Virus record (IMG/VR): IMGVR_UViG_2643221950_000002
Location: 32,001-96,000 of that record
From: a virus
Lineage: Duplodnaviria; Caudoviricetes
Length of the DNA: 64,000 nt
Strand: one strand, 5' to 3'
The notes beneath the pieces are model-generated. The model did no database searches. It was not told the origin of the DNA and saw nothing but the letters and a program-made list of their open reading frames with translations. Position numbers and translations under genes: made by a program. The first letter of the stretch is position 1, and each line of letters begins with the position of its first letter. Below are positions 28,431 through 38,971 of the stretch, one piece after another.

Positions 28431-30038
28431 TTAATTTCCTAGCATTAAAACTTTTGATGTATCTAACATATAATAACCTTTGTTTTTCATTGTCTTGTTA
28501 TATTCTCTCTCACCTTCGAATTCATTGATAACCGCTCTTTCCTCTTCGTTCATTTCAGTAAACTCTGTATTACCGTATGATGGTGGCAACCACCCTTTTT
28601 TCTGACTTCCGAAAATATTGAACTTTTTTAAAATCTCATCATTTTTAAATTCAATATGACATGTCCCTTTTTTGTAAAACGTTAAATAAAAATACTTCAA
28701 ATCAATTTTTTTCGTTTCTCCATAGTGTTTAGACATTTTTAGAACTTCATCAATATTAACATCTTCAGTAAGGCCATTGTCTAGGTAGTTAAACACTTTT
28801 TCGATATCTTTGAGTTTATCCATAACAGTATAGTAAGTTGGATCATAATTACCATCCCAAGTACCATAACCATTTAGTGGAATTACAACTTTTTTGTTTA
28901 TTTTATAAGATTTGTTTGTTTTCCATCCGTTATATAAGTGAACATTTTTTGATGTTTTATCATAATAGTGTTTATGGCTGAACTCTTCAAACAAATTTAG
29001 AATGGTTTCTTCGACTCCTTGAATCATTTCTTTACTCATTTGTATTCTTAATGTGTATATGTTGAATAAAGAGAAATCATAATCCTTTAACTCTTCGACA
29101 TGCTGCAAATATTTTTGCTTTAGATTGCTTGTAAAAAGACTCATGAATTCAGCATTATTAAACAGTGTATTCCAATACTTTTGCCTTACACTTTTAATAA
29201 ATTCGTTTTCCATATCTTCTGTATAGTTATTTGCAGAAGAATCCAATTCTAATTTTAGTATCGGTTTAGAAGTTTCTTTAAAGCTATTTAAGATTAACGG
29301 TTTCATGCTATTGTATTCATTTATAAGTTTCAAGCCTGCTTTAAGCTCATAGTTAAATTGCTCAACAATTCCCCTTATGTAATCAGAATCAATTAATTGA
29401 GTTGATTTATAATCATTTTTAAGTATGTGGCTTTCATCCTTTTTCAATTCATTTAAAAGAACACTGTTATATTCACCGTTATCAATTTTTATATAAACTA
29501 AAGCTGTCTCTACACTTGTCTTTCTTTCAGAACTAACAAAGGCATCTTTTATAAATTCGACATCTGCATCAAGCTCGGTCAACTTTCTAACGAGATATTT
29601 CCTGTCATTAGAATAAGGGTTATTTAATGTTTCAGCGTTTAGTAAACAGACTATCTGACCCGTTCTATGTTGTGATTCAATTAAATTAATGGCCTTTAAT
29701 AAATGCTTTTCCCCATTGCTGAACGGCGGATTCATAAATATAAGATCATATTTCTTGTATGTATTAAAAGTTAGAAAATCATCTGAAATAACTCTGAAAT
29801 CTTTACCTTTTAACAAGTGGCGCAAGTTCTCATCATGCTCAATAGCATCGATGTCATACTTTGATTCTCTTCTATATATCTTGGTGTAATCAAATTGCTT
29901 ATGAATTGCTTCCACCAAATTGCCTGAACCCGCTGAAGGCTCTAAAACTGATTTAATATACTTCCAATCTACCTTTCTATTCATTTTGTTGATTAAACTT
30001 GCTGGAGTTGGGTAAAAATCTAGATTCTCTTTAAACAT
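28431..30038 (-). CDS. N6-adenine DNA methyltransferase with DUF4942-like C-terminus
   Basis: FYPTP, LEPSAGSG, MNPPF and C-terminal YFYLTFYKKGTCHIEF. Confidence 0.85.
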   Translation of the reverse strand: MFKENLDFYPTPASLINKMNRKVDWKYIKSVLEPSAGSGNLVEAIHKQFDYTKIYRRESKYDIDAIEHDENLRHLLKGKDFRVISDDFLTFNTYKKYDLIFMNPPFSNGEKHLLKAINLIESQHRTGQIVCLLNAETLNNPYSNDRKYLVRKLTELDADVEFIKDAFVSSERKTSVETALVYIKIDNGEYNSVLLNELKKDESHILKNDYKSTQLIDSDYIRGIVEQFNYELKAGLKLINEYNSMKPLILNSFKETSKPILKLELDSSANNYTEDMENEFIKSVRQKYWNTLFNNAEFMSLFTSNLKQKYLQHVEELKDYDFSLFNIYTLRIQMSKEMIQGVEETILNLFEEFSHKHYYDKTSKNVHLYNGWKTNKSYKINKKVVIPLNGYGTWDGNYDPTYYTVMDKLKDIEKVFNYLDNGLTEDVNIDEVLKMSKHYGETKKIDLKYFYLTFYKKGTCHIEFKNDEILKKFNIFGSQKKGWLPPSYGNTEFTEMNEEERAVINEFEGEREYNKTMKNKGYYMLDTSKVLMLGN

Positions 30039-30073
30039 ATTTTCTCCTTTTTTAAAGGCACCTTTACAGAACC

Positions 30074-30544
30074 TTATTTAATTTGATTTAAATGGGATAC
30101 CCCTTCTTCAATACTCATTCTTAAAACAATTCTCACCATCTCCTCCTGAAAACCCGTTTCATCTTTTTTAGATGAGAGATTAATAAGATTTTTCATGTCA
30201 TTTAAATTGAGGTTAGGCAAAATATCTTTGGTGAAGTGTTCTTTTGCTTTTTCGATATTTTCTTTTTCATTTTTTGCTTCTCTGATTGAGTTTAGACTTA
30301 CAACATTTGTTTTTTGCACTTCTTCTTGAACATCTTCGATTTCTTGTTTCGTTAATTCTGATTCGATTGGTTGGGGTGTAGGATCAGTAATAAAGGCTTC
30401 GACTAGTTCAGCTTCACCATTTTTGATTAGTTCCAATGCTTCTGATTTTTTTATTGGAAAACTTCTCATTTGAGCCCAGCTGTATCTGTAGTATCTGTTA
30501 CCTTTTTGTTTAATTAACATCATCTTTACCCTCTCCAGTCTCAC
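30074..30544 (-). CDS. hypothetical protein (YonX-like position)
   Basis: About 150 aa, GGAGAGG RBS. Confidence 0.6.
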   Translation of the reverse strand: MRLERVKMMLIKQKGNRYYRYSWAQMRSFPIKKSEALELIKNGEAELVEAFITDPTPQPIESELTKQEIEDVQEEVQKTNVVSLNSIREAKNEKENIEKAKEHFTKDILPNLNLNDMKNLINLSSKKDETGFQEEMVRIVLRMSIEEGVSHLNQIK

Positions 30545-30609
30545 TTTTTATTTTTGCAACCCCTGGCCATTATTGACCAGGACGCTCACAGCCTAATGCC
30601 TGTTTATAC

Positions 30610-30804
30610 TCACTGTGACGAGTTTAGCGTATCAACATGCTGGATATATCCTTTAGCAATCCATGAGCTGTGAGGAGACCACTCAGCGTCACCCTCTCTC
30701 ATATAAGCTGTATGTACAGGTGTTCCAGCTTTTCTATCAGGATGCTTTTCTTCTGTTAATTTAGTCCATACCCAGTTGTTCGGCTTTACTTTTTTCATAT
30801 CCAA
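30610..30804 (-). CDS. hypothetical protein
   Basis: 64 aa, AGGGAG RBS. Confidence 0.55.
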   Translation of the reverse strand: MDMKKVKPNNWVWTKLTEEKHPDRKAGTPVHTAYMREGDAEWSPHSSWIAKGYIQHVDTLNSSQ

Positions 30805-30847
30805 TCTCTCCCTTTAAAATATTCATTTTATTGAATTCTATAACTTC

Positions 30848-31045
30848 TTAATAGATGTAATATAAATCACCATTGTTGTCACTAATTGCGAATCGCTTCA
30901 ATTGAGTATAACTACTTTTTGGAGTGCCTTTTTTTGTATATTTTGATTTAAAAAATTCAGGATGTTTCCCTATTTCTTGTTGTGCTTCTTTTAGTGTTGA
31001 AAATTCTCCGATTTTCACAAAGTTGTAAGTAGCGAAATATCTCAT
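30848..31045 (-). CDS. hypothetical protein
   Basis: 65 aa, GGAGGT RBS. Confidence 0.6.
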   Translation of the reverse strand: MRYFATYNFVKIGEFSTLKEAQQEIGKHPEFFKSKYTKKGTPKSSYTQLKRFAISDNNGDLYYIY

Positions 31046-31302
31046 TAGTTCTTTACCTCCTCATATGATCCAATTTCATATTTTTTGTTTCCAAAACTCA
31101 CAAAAACTTGTCCATTTTCTAATTTCATTAATTTGCGAAGTGTGGTCATTCTTATACCGTTATTAATAGCAGCGAAATATAAACGTCTTCCTCCAGTTTC
31201 TTTTAATTTGAGTTTATCGTATTTATATCCTTCACAAACTCCACTATGATTCAAAAATGAGGTATGAATTGTTACATTTATCGCCATTATAATTCTCTCC
31301 AT
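31045..31302 (-). CDS. hypothetical protein
   Basis: About 80 aa; first gene after the promoter at about 31370. Confidence 0.55.
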   Translation of the reverse strand: MERIIMAINVTIHTSFLNHSGVCEGYKYDKLKLKETGGRRLYFAAINNGIRMTTLRKLMKLENGQVFVSFGNKKYEIGSYEEVKN

Positions 31303-31347
31303 TCTTTATTTGTTATTTGACTGAATTTTGTTCTTTTCTATATCCTT

Positions 31348-31398
31348 ATTATATATGTTATTTGTATTTTAATCAATGATTTTTGTGTGTTATTTTTA
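31348..31398 (-). promoter_or_regulatory. early promoter with AATAACAYA boxes
   Basis: TTGATT-AAAATACAAATAACATA-TATAAT. Confidence 0.78.
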
Positions 31399-31611
31399 AT
31401 TTTATTGAGTATTTTATTACGTCCTATGAGGGGTTTGGGGTGGTGTAGGACGAAAGGGCAATTCAACTTGTTGAAGTGACCAAAGTCAGCACCCCAAGGT
31501 CTTATTTTCAGTCTATATATTATATATAATTTTAACTTCTTTTCTTTTACGAGAGATTGCTCAAAACCGTTGTGGCTGTTGAGTTTTTAAAATGATTTAT
31601 TGCTTTTGTTT

Positions 31612-32844
31612 TCATAGGTCATTTTCTAACCACTCGATTAATAGACGTCTCATTCTAAATGATGGGATGTATATATTGATTGATTTGTTATTCCTTATTG
31701 CTGATCTCCATATCCATTGAATCATCTCTGATAAAGCGTAGATGTCTTGATCTATATTTATGTTATTCTGCTTAAAGAAATCATTAATAGCTGGATTAAC
31801 AAATCTGTTGATTGAATAAACTAATGATTTCTTATGACTGTATTCATTAGTAGCTTTAATATTACACGCTAAAAATCCCTTAGTGTATCCTTTGCCGCTC
31901 AACTTCCCTTTATGAGATTTAAAGGTTGTCCATAGATTCTCGTTTGATTTAGACTTAATGATATTTTGGTAATAGTTTAAGATATTGTTTTTTAAACGCT
32001 TATGTAACACCGATCTACTTTCAAACCAATTTTTAGACAATGCGTAATAGTCGTCACCTACCTTGTTCAAATCTCCTTCATATATGTTTATCTTATTCTT
32101 CAAAGCAGCCTTAACCTTTTGGTCTAGGGATTCATTATGTTTAATTAATTTATAATTTTTATTTTCTTTTATGACTGATAACAATTCATATTCAATACAG
32201 TGTAAGTCAAAATAATACTTTTGAATCTGAGCATTAAACAAATATGTTAATACGTACACCTCGTTAAACTTAGCAAAAACATCGCTAGGGAATTCCCAGA
32301 ACAAAACAGATTCATTGTGATAGATTAGATTATCACTTTTGGCCAGCTTCTTTAATGTCTGAAACTCCCCTTTGTATTCCCTATTCAATTTTTCTTCATT
32401 CTCAGAGTTCCACAATATCTTTCCGTTGTTGTTAATGATCCAGTTGTTTTTAAATAACATATCTAAATCATCTTTAGAAATATTAAATTTCTTAATCACT
32501 TCCATTGCTTCATCAAGTACCAAAGTATAATTGCCTGAGTAAATTAAATCTTTGGTGGTTTGATCAGACATACTAAACAATGCGTGAGTCGCAACTATAT
32601 CCTTGTTTTCTGAAAGCAGCTTATGAAAAGAATCAATCTTATATAATACTTCTCCCTTTTCTGAGTGAACTTTTGGTTCATGAAATTTTCTGTTGCTACA
32701 TGACTTCTTAATTCTTGATACTTCATCCAGGTATGGAGTGATAAAAATAAAATGCTTATCTAAAGATGATTCATTCATGTGATCAATCATTAGACTTGTT
32801 TTACCGCTGCCCATAATCGAATCAATAATTTTAACTTTTGACAT
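31612..32844 (-). CDS. yonV: YonV-like P-loop/SF2 helicase-like protein
   Basis: DSIMGSGKTS, LVLDEA and QWIWRSAIR motifs; 410 aa. Confidence 0.8.
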   Translation of the reverse strand: MSKVKIIDSIMGSGKTSLMIDHMNESSLDKHFIFITPYLDEVSRIKKSCSNRKFHEPKVHSEKGEVLYKIDSFHKLLSENKDIVATHALFSMSDQTTKDLIYSGNYTLVLDEAMEVIKKFNISKDDLDMLFKNNWIINNNGKILWNSENEEKLNREYKGEFQTLKKLAKSDNLIYHNESVLFWEFPSDVFAKFNEVYVLTYLFNAQIQKYYFDLHCIEYELLSVIKENKNYKLIKHNESLDQKVKAALKNKINIYEGDLNKVGDDYYALSKNWFESRSVLHKRLKNNILNYYQNIIKSKSNENLWTTFKSHKGKLSGKGYTKGFLACNIKATNEYSHKKSLVYSINRFVNPAINDFFKQNNINIDQDIYALSEMIQWIWRSAIRNNKSINIYIPSFRMRRLLIEWLENDL

Positions 32845-32892
32845 TCATTCTCCCCTATTCAAAATTATATGTATGGCGAGCTGAGCTACCGC

Positions 32893-33078
32893 TCACCGTT
32901 TAAAACCTTTAAATACAAAGTAAGACAACCAAGTGATTATAAGGATCAATGTAGAAATAGCGTATGTCCAAATAATAAATGATTGTGTGTTGCTGCTGAA
33001 TAAGTCTTTAATAAGCCAGAATACAACGAATGTAATACCGAATGTAATTAGTGAGTACCATAATTGTTTATGCTGCAT
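32893..33078 (-). CDS. small membrane protein (YoyJ position)
   Basis: 61 aa, 2 TM, downstream of yonT. Confidence 0.55.
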   Translation of the reverse strand: MQHKQLWYSLITFGITFVVFWLIKDLFSSNTQSFIIWTYAISTLILIITWLSYFVFKGFKR

Positions 33079-33115
33079 ATATGTTTACAAAGTGCTGCAA
33101 GGTGCTATAATATAG

Positions 33116-33217
33116 ATGACAAAGGGAGAAGTATCTCCCAATGTCTAATGATGTTTAACGGCGTATACGTTTGCGTGTCCTTGACCTAGGTCGCTTATGT
33201 GTACGCTTTTTCTTTTG
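33116..33217 (+). ncRNA. SR6-like antisense antitoxin RNA (ends approximate)
   Basis: Promoter TTTACA(33084)...TATAAT(33106); overlaps the 3' end of yonT; ends GTACGCTTTTTCTTTT. Confidence 0.65.
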
Positions 33218-33328
33218 GCTTATACTTTTAGTGATACTGACAACCTTCTCAATAATCACAAGCATATTGATTAAGACTGTAGTAAGACTGATTAGTAAAG
33301 CCATTATTATAGTCACCTTTTCAAGCAC
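33155..33328 (-). CDS. yonT: type I toxin YonT homolog
   Basis: Manual: MLEKVTIIMALLISLTTVLINMLVIIEKVVSITKSISQKKKRTHKRPRSRTRKRIRR; TM helix plus basic tail; GGAGGTG RBS. Confidence 0.88.
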   Translation of the reverse strand: MLEKVTIIMALLISLTTVLINMLVIIEKVVSITKSISQKKKRTHKRPRSRTRKRIRR

Positions 33329-34282
33329 TTTTGCACCTCCTTTCCATACTTCTATTATAACATATTATCGTGGTGATGTGTGTTATTTGTTGTTTATTAA
33401 TGTGATTTATTCATATTTATTTTTGTGCTTATATTCGTTTGTGTGGTGTGATATATGTGATTAGATAGATAGGTTGTTTGAGTGAATTAAACCTTTGTAT
33501 GAGGCTGTCAGTATGCTTAGAATTGATATGGTGATGTGTGAATGATTGATGTTAGGGATAGAATATACTATAGTGAATGTGTCATGTGTGATGGCTAAAA
33601 TATGATGCGTAATAGTTAGGCTAGATAATGTGATGAAATAAAGACAAAGACTATATAATGATAAACATATACATTAAAAAAAATAACACTTCGATTTCCT
33701 GTCCCCTGTTATTCACACGAATTGTTCCGCTTAATGGAACAAACTTTCAAAATCAGATCAATTTTTTAAAATTTTTAAATTTAGTTCAATAAAGTATTGA
33801 TTTATCTTATTAATTGTGCATTCATTTGGCCGCAAATAAAAAAGCAGACTCACCAAGGAATCTGCATTATAACTATAATTATAAGACGTATTCAGAACCA
33901 TCTATTGCCACTGGAGGGGGTATATTAACATCCAAACCGCTAAAACAAAGAACAAATGTGCCCATAGCACTTCCATTTCCACACCCTTTAAATTTTATCG
34001 ATTTTAGCCTATTTTCTATCGTACTTGCTATCGTAAACGCCTTATATATCAACGTTTCCCCCTTCCTCTACTCACTCATTTTTCACGATTTCCTCTAAAT
34101 TTGTCCACTTTTCCTTACTCCCACAACGACTTTACGATCACTCACCATTCATAATAATCGAATTATCGCCAAACACATTGCTATTACTGTTTTTTTTCTC
34201 CTTTTGATCAATTTTACGATATCGTCCTCAAAAATTTACGATAACAAAAAAATGAGACAGTCAATTGACCATCTCACTATCT

Positions 34283-35395
34283 TTATCCCTTTAATGATTT
34301 AAGTTTCTCTAAGAAACTCCCCTTACTTACCTGCTTTACGTCCCTTTTGGTGTTAGTCTGCTGCTTTAAAAATGCTGACTTTGAATTAAACTTTGGAACA
34401 TATACCTCTTCTTTTACTGGTTCAACTTTTCTTGATTCAATCAGGTCATCTAATTGCTTCATTCTGTCGTTAATCCACCCTAAGCCACTTAAAATAGAAA
34501 TCGCTTGATTCTTACCAGTATCATAATACCCTTTAAATAAATCTAATGGTTCACCCTCACTGAAAAGTCGCTTAAAGTTAATCTGATCTGTTAAATTTGC
34601 ATTGCCGTCTATAATAACACCAGCTTTAACTAATGAATCAAAAGTGTCTGCGCTATATATCGAATGCTTCCATGACTGTTTAATATCATCATGAAGAGTG
34701 TTTGCAAATTTCCCTTTATTATAATCAGATAAATCCATTTTCGAAATCACTGTCACACCTGGAGTATTGAAAATTTGGTTTAAGTCCTTCTTGTCTAATG
34801 TACTGTAGCTAGATGGAAGGTTTGTATACTCTTCAACCTCTTCAAGCATATCAATAAATTGTTTATTTACCTTTTGATATAGCATAGGCTCTGAGAACGA
34901 TTTAATGCCCTTTAGAGACACTTTAAAATTGTCTAGTGGAATTATATTCAATTGCTTTTCTGACAGTTCCTGAAGGCATTCAACGGTGTTTAATTGATTC
35001 AATATCACTTCACTGTGATCAGGCATCACAGGTACAGCAACTACGGTTTTGTTATCCAAGTATTCATCTAATAATTCTATTAATGTTGGTGCAATTCCTG
35101 ATCCTGTACCTCCAGCTGTTGAAAAGACTACGAACACAACTTGAATCGATGGCTTTTCCATTGCTTCTTTAATAAATTCAACAGATGATTCCCAGTTATT
35201 TTTAAAATAGTTGATAGCTGCTTCCCTATCCTTGCCTACCCCTTCGGATCCAACTAGCTTTAGTTTGTCTTCAACAACTTCTAAACTATTTAGATCTGAG
35301 CTAGAGTAATTGACTGCGATACTGAAATATCCTCTTTTCATTGCTTCATCTGCAATGCTCCCACCACATTGACCAATTCCAACAAATCCGTACAT
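34283..35395 (-). CDS. tubZ: TubZ/FtsZ-like tubulin GTPase
   Basis: GIGQCGG, GVGKD, tubulin signature AGGTGSG and T7-like LDKKDL. Confidence 0.88.
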   Translation of the reverse strand: MYGFVGIGQCGGSIADEAMKRGYFSIAVNYSSSDLNSLEVVEDKLKLVGSEGVGKDREAAINYFKNNWESSVEFIKEAMEKPSIQVVFVVFSTAGGTGSGIAPTLIELLDEYLDNKTVVAVPVMPDHSEVILNQLNTVECLQELSEKQLNIIPLDNFKVSLKGIKSFSEPMLYQKVNKQFIDMLEEVEEYTNLPSSYSTLDKKDLNQIFNTPGVTVISKMDLSDYNKGKFANTLHDDIKQSWKHSIYSADTFDSLVKAGVIIDGNANLTDQINFKRLFSEGEPLDLFKGYYDTGKNQAISILSGLGWINDRMKQLDDLIESRKVEPVKEEVYVPKFNSKSAFLKQQTNTKRDVKQVSKGSFLEKLKSLKG

Positions 35396-35691
35396 TAAAC
35401 CATTTCCCCTTCCAAATGATATTCTAAGGCCATAATTCCATATGAAGTAATTATGAATTTATGATGCTTACTTGATGAGTCTCTTTCAATAAGCAGTAGT
35501 GCCTCCAATTTACTTAAAGCTGATCTTATAGTCGCTTCTGAAAATTGAGTATCTAGTTTAACTGATTCGATCTTGAAGTCTTCTTTTGTCATTCCTTTTA
35601 TTAGCCTGTTCGCTCCGCATTCTTGCAGCAAAGTTAACAGTGATACATCGTCAATATTTAATCTAGTAACGACTTCATCAAAATATGTCAT
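35395..35691 (-). CDS. winged-helix DNA-binding protein (TubR-like)
   Basis: SEATIRSALSKLEALLLIE...FIITSYG wHTH; coupled to tubZ. Confidence 0.65.
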   Translation of the reverse strand: MTYFDEVVTRLNIDDVSLLTLLQECGANRLIKGMTKEDFKIESVKLDTQFSEATIRSALSKLEALLLIERDSSSKHHKFIITSYGIMALEYHLEGEMV

Positions 35692-35807
35692 ACTGCACCT
35701 CCACTGATAGAGTAACAAAAGTTACCTATATAGACAACTTTTTTTATCTATTTAAGTGAATTTAATTGAACATTTGAATAAAGACAACACATAATATAAA
35801 ATTCTCA

Positions 35808-36047
35808 TTGGGTGATATTATGAAATATAAGGTTAAAAGCAATTTAAAGAGTTACTTACACTCCAAAGGTATTAAACAAAAGTGGCTTGCAGACCAAATA
35901 GGCACTAATTCCAGTAGGATTTCTATTTGGTGTACTAATAATGATGAAGGTTTTTGTTCTAATCCCCCCTCACTCCCTTACGCTATAGCCCTATGTAAAA
36001 CATTAGATTGTGATATGCAAGAGATATTCTCCATTATTGAAGACTGA
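35808..36047 (+). CDS. XRE HTH regulator
   Basis: GIKQKWLADQIGTNSSRISIW; divergent from tubR. Confidence 0.75.
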   Translation: MGDIMKYKVKSNLKSYLHSKGIKQKWLADQIGTNSSRISIWCTNNDEGFCSNPPSLPYAIALCKTLDCDMQEIFSIIED

Positions 36048-36068
36048 TTTCTCAGTCTCTCATAATAA

Positions 36069-36121
36069 AATACAAATAACATATAATTTATATTGACTAA
36101 AGTGTAAATAACATATATAAT
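36069..36121 (+). promoter_or_regulatory. early promoter for the yonP-like gene and yonO, with AATAACATA boxes
   Basis: TTGACT(36093)-AAAGTGTAAATAACATA-TATAAT(36116). Confidence 0.8.
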
Positions 36122-36153
36122 CACCTTATAACGTACTGAAATGAGGTGATTTA

Positions 36154-36333
36154 TTGGGATCATGTAACAAGCAGGACATCATTGAACTTCTTGAGTATCG
36201 CATTGTTAATGGCATTGCTTCTCAGGAAGAGAACACATTTTATGAAGACCTCAAATGGTTTGGTAAATTTGACGAGTCTTCTACCCTGTTTAAAAGATTG
36301 GCATTACATATTGAAAGACAAAATAACAAATAG
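36154..36333 (+). CDS. 59-aa protein (YonP position)
   Basis: Manual: TTG after GAGGTG, MGSCNKQDIIELLEYRIVNGIASQEE...ERQNNK. Confidence 0.6.
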   Translation: MGSCNKQDIIELLEYRIVNGIASQEENTFYEDLKWFGKFDESSTLFKRLALHIERQNNK

Positions 36334-36345
36334 AGGAGAGCGCTT

Positions 36346-38877
36346 TTGGGGAGAAAAACAAATGATTTAAGCAAACAAGTGTTTATTTATAGTCTTGATA
36401 CTTCGAGTTTTTATAATGATCGAGAAAATTTGTTACATAGAAAGATTTTAAAGTCTTATAGATATAGAGATTTGCTTAAAACACATAATGGGGACACAAA
36501 AAAAAATAAGAAATACATAAAAAACAGAATCGCTAAATTAAAACAGGAGTTAAATCAAGCCTTCAGTGAACATGAGAGTGTACGGATGCTTAGAGCCGAC
36601 ACATTAACAGACAATAAAAAGATCGCTATGTTTGATTCAGTTATGACTCGAACTCTAGGTATAAAAGAAAACAATTTCTCTGATGATGTAATTGTGGTTC
36701 AGGTATACCATTTCCAGGTGTTCAAGAGTATTCTTGATGAAGGTTTTGTACATAATAATGAACTTTATGTTTACTTTACGAGTTCAGCTGGGCAAATACG
36801 AACGAAAAAAGCTTGTTTTATTAAGAAGTCTACATACGATAAATTTGAAAATGCTTTAACATGTGGACTTAGTCTTGATGATATCAATTCTAATGGTGGG
36901 ATGAACATCAATAAATGGAATGCTTACCTTGCTTTATCGAATAGTGCCAGCAGCCATTGGAATATTGATATAAGTAAAACTGTTGTTGTTGATGATTTAG
37001 AAACCGATGTAATGAGTGAAGTTGATTATATCGACCGCAATACATATGAAATTACTAGAAAGAAAATGAATATTCCTATTGAGCATACTGATGGTTGTGG
37101 AATTATATCACCTAAGCTCAGTAGTAAAAGCTTTATGGTCAGACTGCCGTGGGTTAAAGGATTGTTAGTGCCCTTCGACTTTCATCGTTTTGCAGAAATA
37201 CATAATAAAACACAAATTACAGATATATACGGTAAGGTATGGGATATTAAGAAAGATGATATCCAGATTATTTTCACTAAATCGCAATTTAAGATGTGGA
37301 AATATTATAAGTCCTGGAACGAATATCAAGAAAAGTTTGTTCTGTACGGTTGTCTGGGGGCTAAATTAAATGAAGAAGACCCTTCAGTTGAGGGGAAACT
37401 TACATATCAAATGCTTCAAACCCTTACTGATATTACTCATGATGAGCTCAAGTCTATTAGTAACAAAACTGTTGAGGAAATAAAGGCAATTGGTAATGAT
37501 AAAGATATTATGTTAAAAATTATGGGGGCTACTGAGAATCGAAAATTCAGATCGCCTTTGCAAAATGCATTACTCCTCTATCCTCAACTATTGAATGATG
37601 ATCATGTCAAAGAAACCATTAAGAATAAGAAAAAGAGTCTTGTAAAAGACGCAAAATCAGGAAAGCTGCAGATTGAAAATTCTAAGTACACCTATCTTTG
37701 CCCCGATTTATATGCTTTTTGTGAAAAACTGTTTTTAGGAATTGAAAATCCGAATGGTTTATTGGATGGCAGCAATGTTTACTGTTCGCTTTATGATGAA
37801 GGAGAAATTGATGTACTTCGCTCCCCTCATCTTTATCGTGAGCATGGTATTAGAAAGAATGTTAGAAGCAAATTGCTAGATGAATGGTTTATCACCAAAG
37901 GAGTTTATACAAGTGTTCATGATCCAATCTCAAAATTGCTCCAGTTTGACAATGACGGGGATAAAGCGCTGATAATATCAGATCCTTTCTTTGTTAATAT
38001 CGCAAAGAAACATGTCGCTGACATCGTTCCCCTTTATTATGAGATGGGTGTTGCAAACAAACAGATGATTAACAGTGAAAATCTCTATGAATCTCTGACC
38101 AACGCCTATGCGGTTAATATTGGTGAATACAGTAACAACATAACGAAGATTTGGAACAGTTCTTCAGTTAATATTGATGTTATCAAATGGCTATGCGCTG
38201 AAAATAACTTTGCTATCGACTATGCAAAAACGTTATTCATGCCTACAAGACCAGACAATGTTGACAAACAAATTAAAAATTACATAAAAGATAAAGTGCC
38301 TTTCTTCTTTGTCCATGCTAAAGATAAGGATATCTCTTCTGTACAGCCTATTAATGAGAGTACTGTAAATAAACTAGAAGAAATCATTCCAACTGATAGG
38401 ATTAATTTCAAAGCTGTTGCTGGACACTTCGATTACAACTTCTTATTAAAAAACAAACGTATTAAAGAAGATGAAGAATTGGTTAATGAATACATAAAGC
38501 TTGATCGAAATAAAAAATGGCTTACTAATAATGAAGAAACTAAGCCGAATCAGAAGTTATACGTGTATAAGCTCATTAGAGAAAAGCTACTTGAAATAAA
38601 TAGTGATGAACAATATGTTGTGGATGTTCTTGTGAAACATCTGTACAAAAAGAAAAGCAGATATAAAGCAACGTTGTGGGAATGCTTTGGTGAAACCATA
38701 CTCAATAATCTGAAAAGGAATTTGAAAACTTTCAAAGGTTGCGTAAAGTGCGGACAAATGTATAAGCCTACCTCGAACAACTCTAGTTTTTGTACAAAGT
38801 GTTCAGTCACAATTGAAAAAGAAAAACATAAAAAAAGACAGAAATCATATGTATCTAGGACAAAAATGACGGTTTAG
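36346..38877 (+). CDS. yonO: YonO single-subunit (two-barrel) RNA polymerase
   Basis: 843 aa; TDGCG, RSPH, catalytic QFDNDGD and a C-terminal Zn finger. Confidence 0.92.
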   Translation: MGRKTNDLSKQVFIYSLDTSSFYNDRENLLHRKILKSYRYRDLLKTHNGDTKKNKKYIKNRIAKLKQELNQAFSEHESVRMLRADTLTDNKKIAMFDSVMTRTLGIKENNFSDDVIVVQVYHFQVFKSILDEGFVHNNELYVYFTSSAGQIRTKKACFIKKSTYDKFENALTCGLSLDDINSNGGMNINKWNAYLALSNSASSHWNIDISKTVVVDDLETDVMSEVDYIDRNTYEITRKKMNIPIEHTDGCGIISPKLSSKSFMVRLPWVKGLLVPFDFHRFAEIHNKTQITDIYGKVWDIKKDDIQIIFTKSQFKMWKYYKSWNEYQEKFVLYGCLGAKLNEEDPSVEGKLTYQMLQTLTDITHDELKSISNKTVEEIKAIGNDKDIMLKIMGATENRKFRSPLQNALLLYPQLLNDDHVKETIKNKKKSLVKDAKSGKLQIENSKYTYLCPDLYAFCEKLFLGIENPNGLLDGSNVYCSLYDEGEIDVLRSPHLYREHGIRKNVRSKLLDEWFITKGVYTSVHDPISKLLQFDNDGDKALIISDPFFVNIAKKHVADIVPLYYEMGVANKQMINSENLYESLTNAYAVNIGEYSNNITKIWNSSSVNIDVIKWLCAENNFAIDYAKTLFMPTRPDNVDKQIKNYIKDKVPFFFVHAKDKDISSVQPINESTVNKLEEIIPTDRINFKAVAGHFDYNFLLKNKRIKEDEELVNEYIKLDRNKKWLTNNEETKPNQKLYVYKLIREKLLEINSDEQYVVDVLVKHLYKKKSRYKATLWECFGETILNNLKRNLKTFKGCVKCGQMYKPTSNNSSFCTKCSVTIEKEKHKKRQKSYVSRTKMTV

Positions 38878-38888
38878 GAAGTGCCTTG

Positions 38889-38971
38889 AGCCTTAGAGCC
38901 ACAAGGGATACAGCGTTTTTGTGCAAAAATAAAGCTATTAAAAAGCGGCTTCAGCCTTAGAGCCACAAGGG
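38889..38971 (+). repeat. 19-bp direct repeat, two copies
   Basis: AGCCTTAGAGCCACAAGGG at 38889-38907 and 38953-38971. Confidence 0.9.

Noticed and set aside
22095-30571. CCCTGGCCATT at 22095 and 30561
   Set aside because: Only 11 bp, two copies, with no shared context
31418-31460. Hammerhead ribozyme (GGACGAAA)
   Set aside because: No CUGAUGA core found upstream
33171-33464. 97-aa hydrophobic plus-strand ORF
   Set aside because: Antisense shadow of yonT
34283-35395. Host cell-division FtsZ
   Set aside because: Divergent sequence, phage context and coupling to a wHTH gene favour a TubZ-like protein
36146-36370. 74-aa ORF from the track
   Set aside because: The alternative frame 36154-36333 has proper RBS spacing and ends just before the yonO RBS
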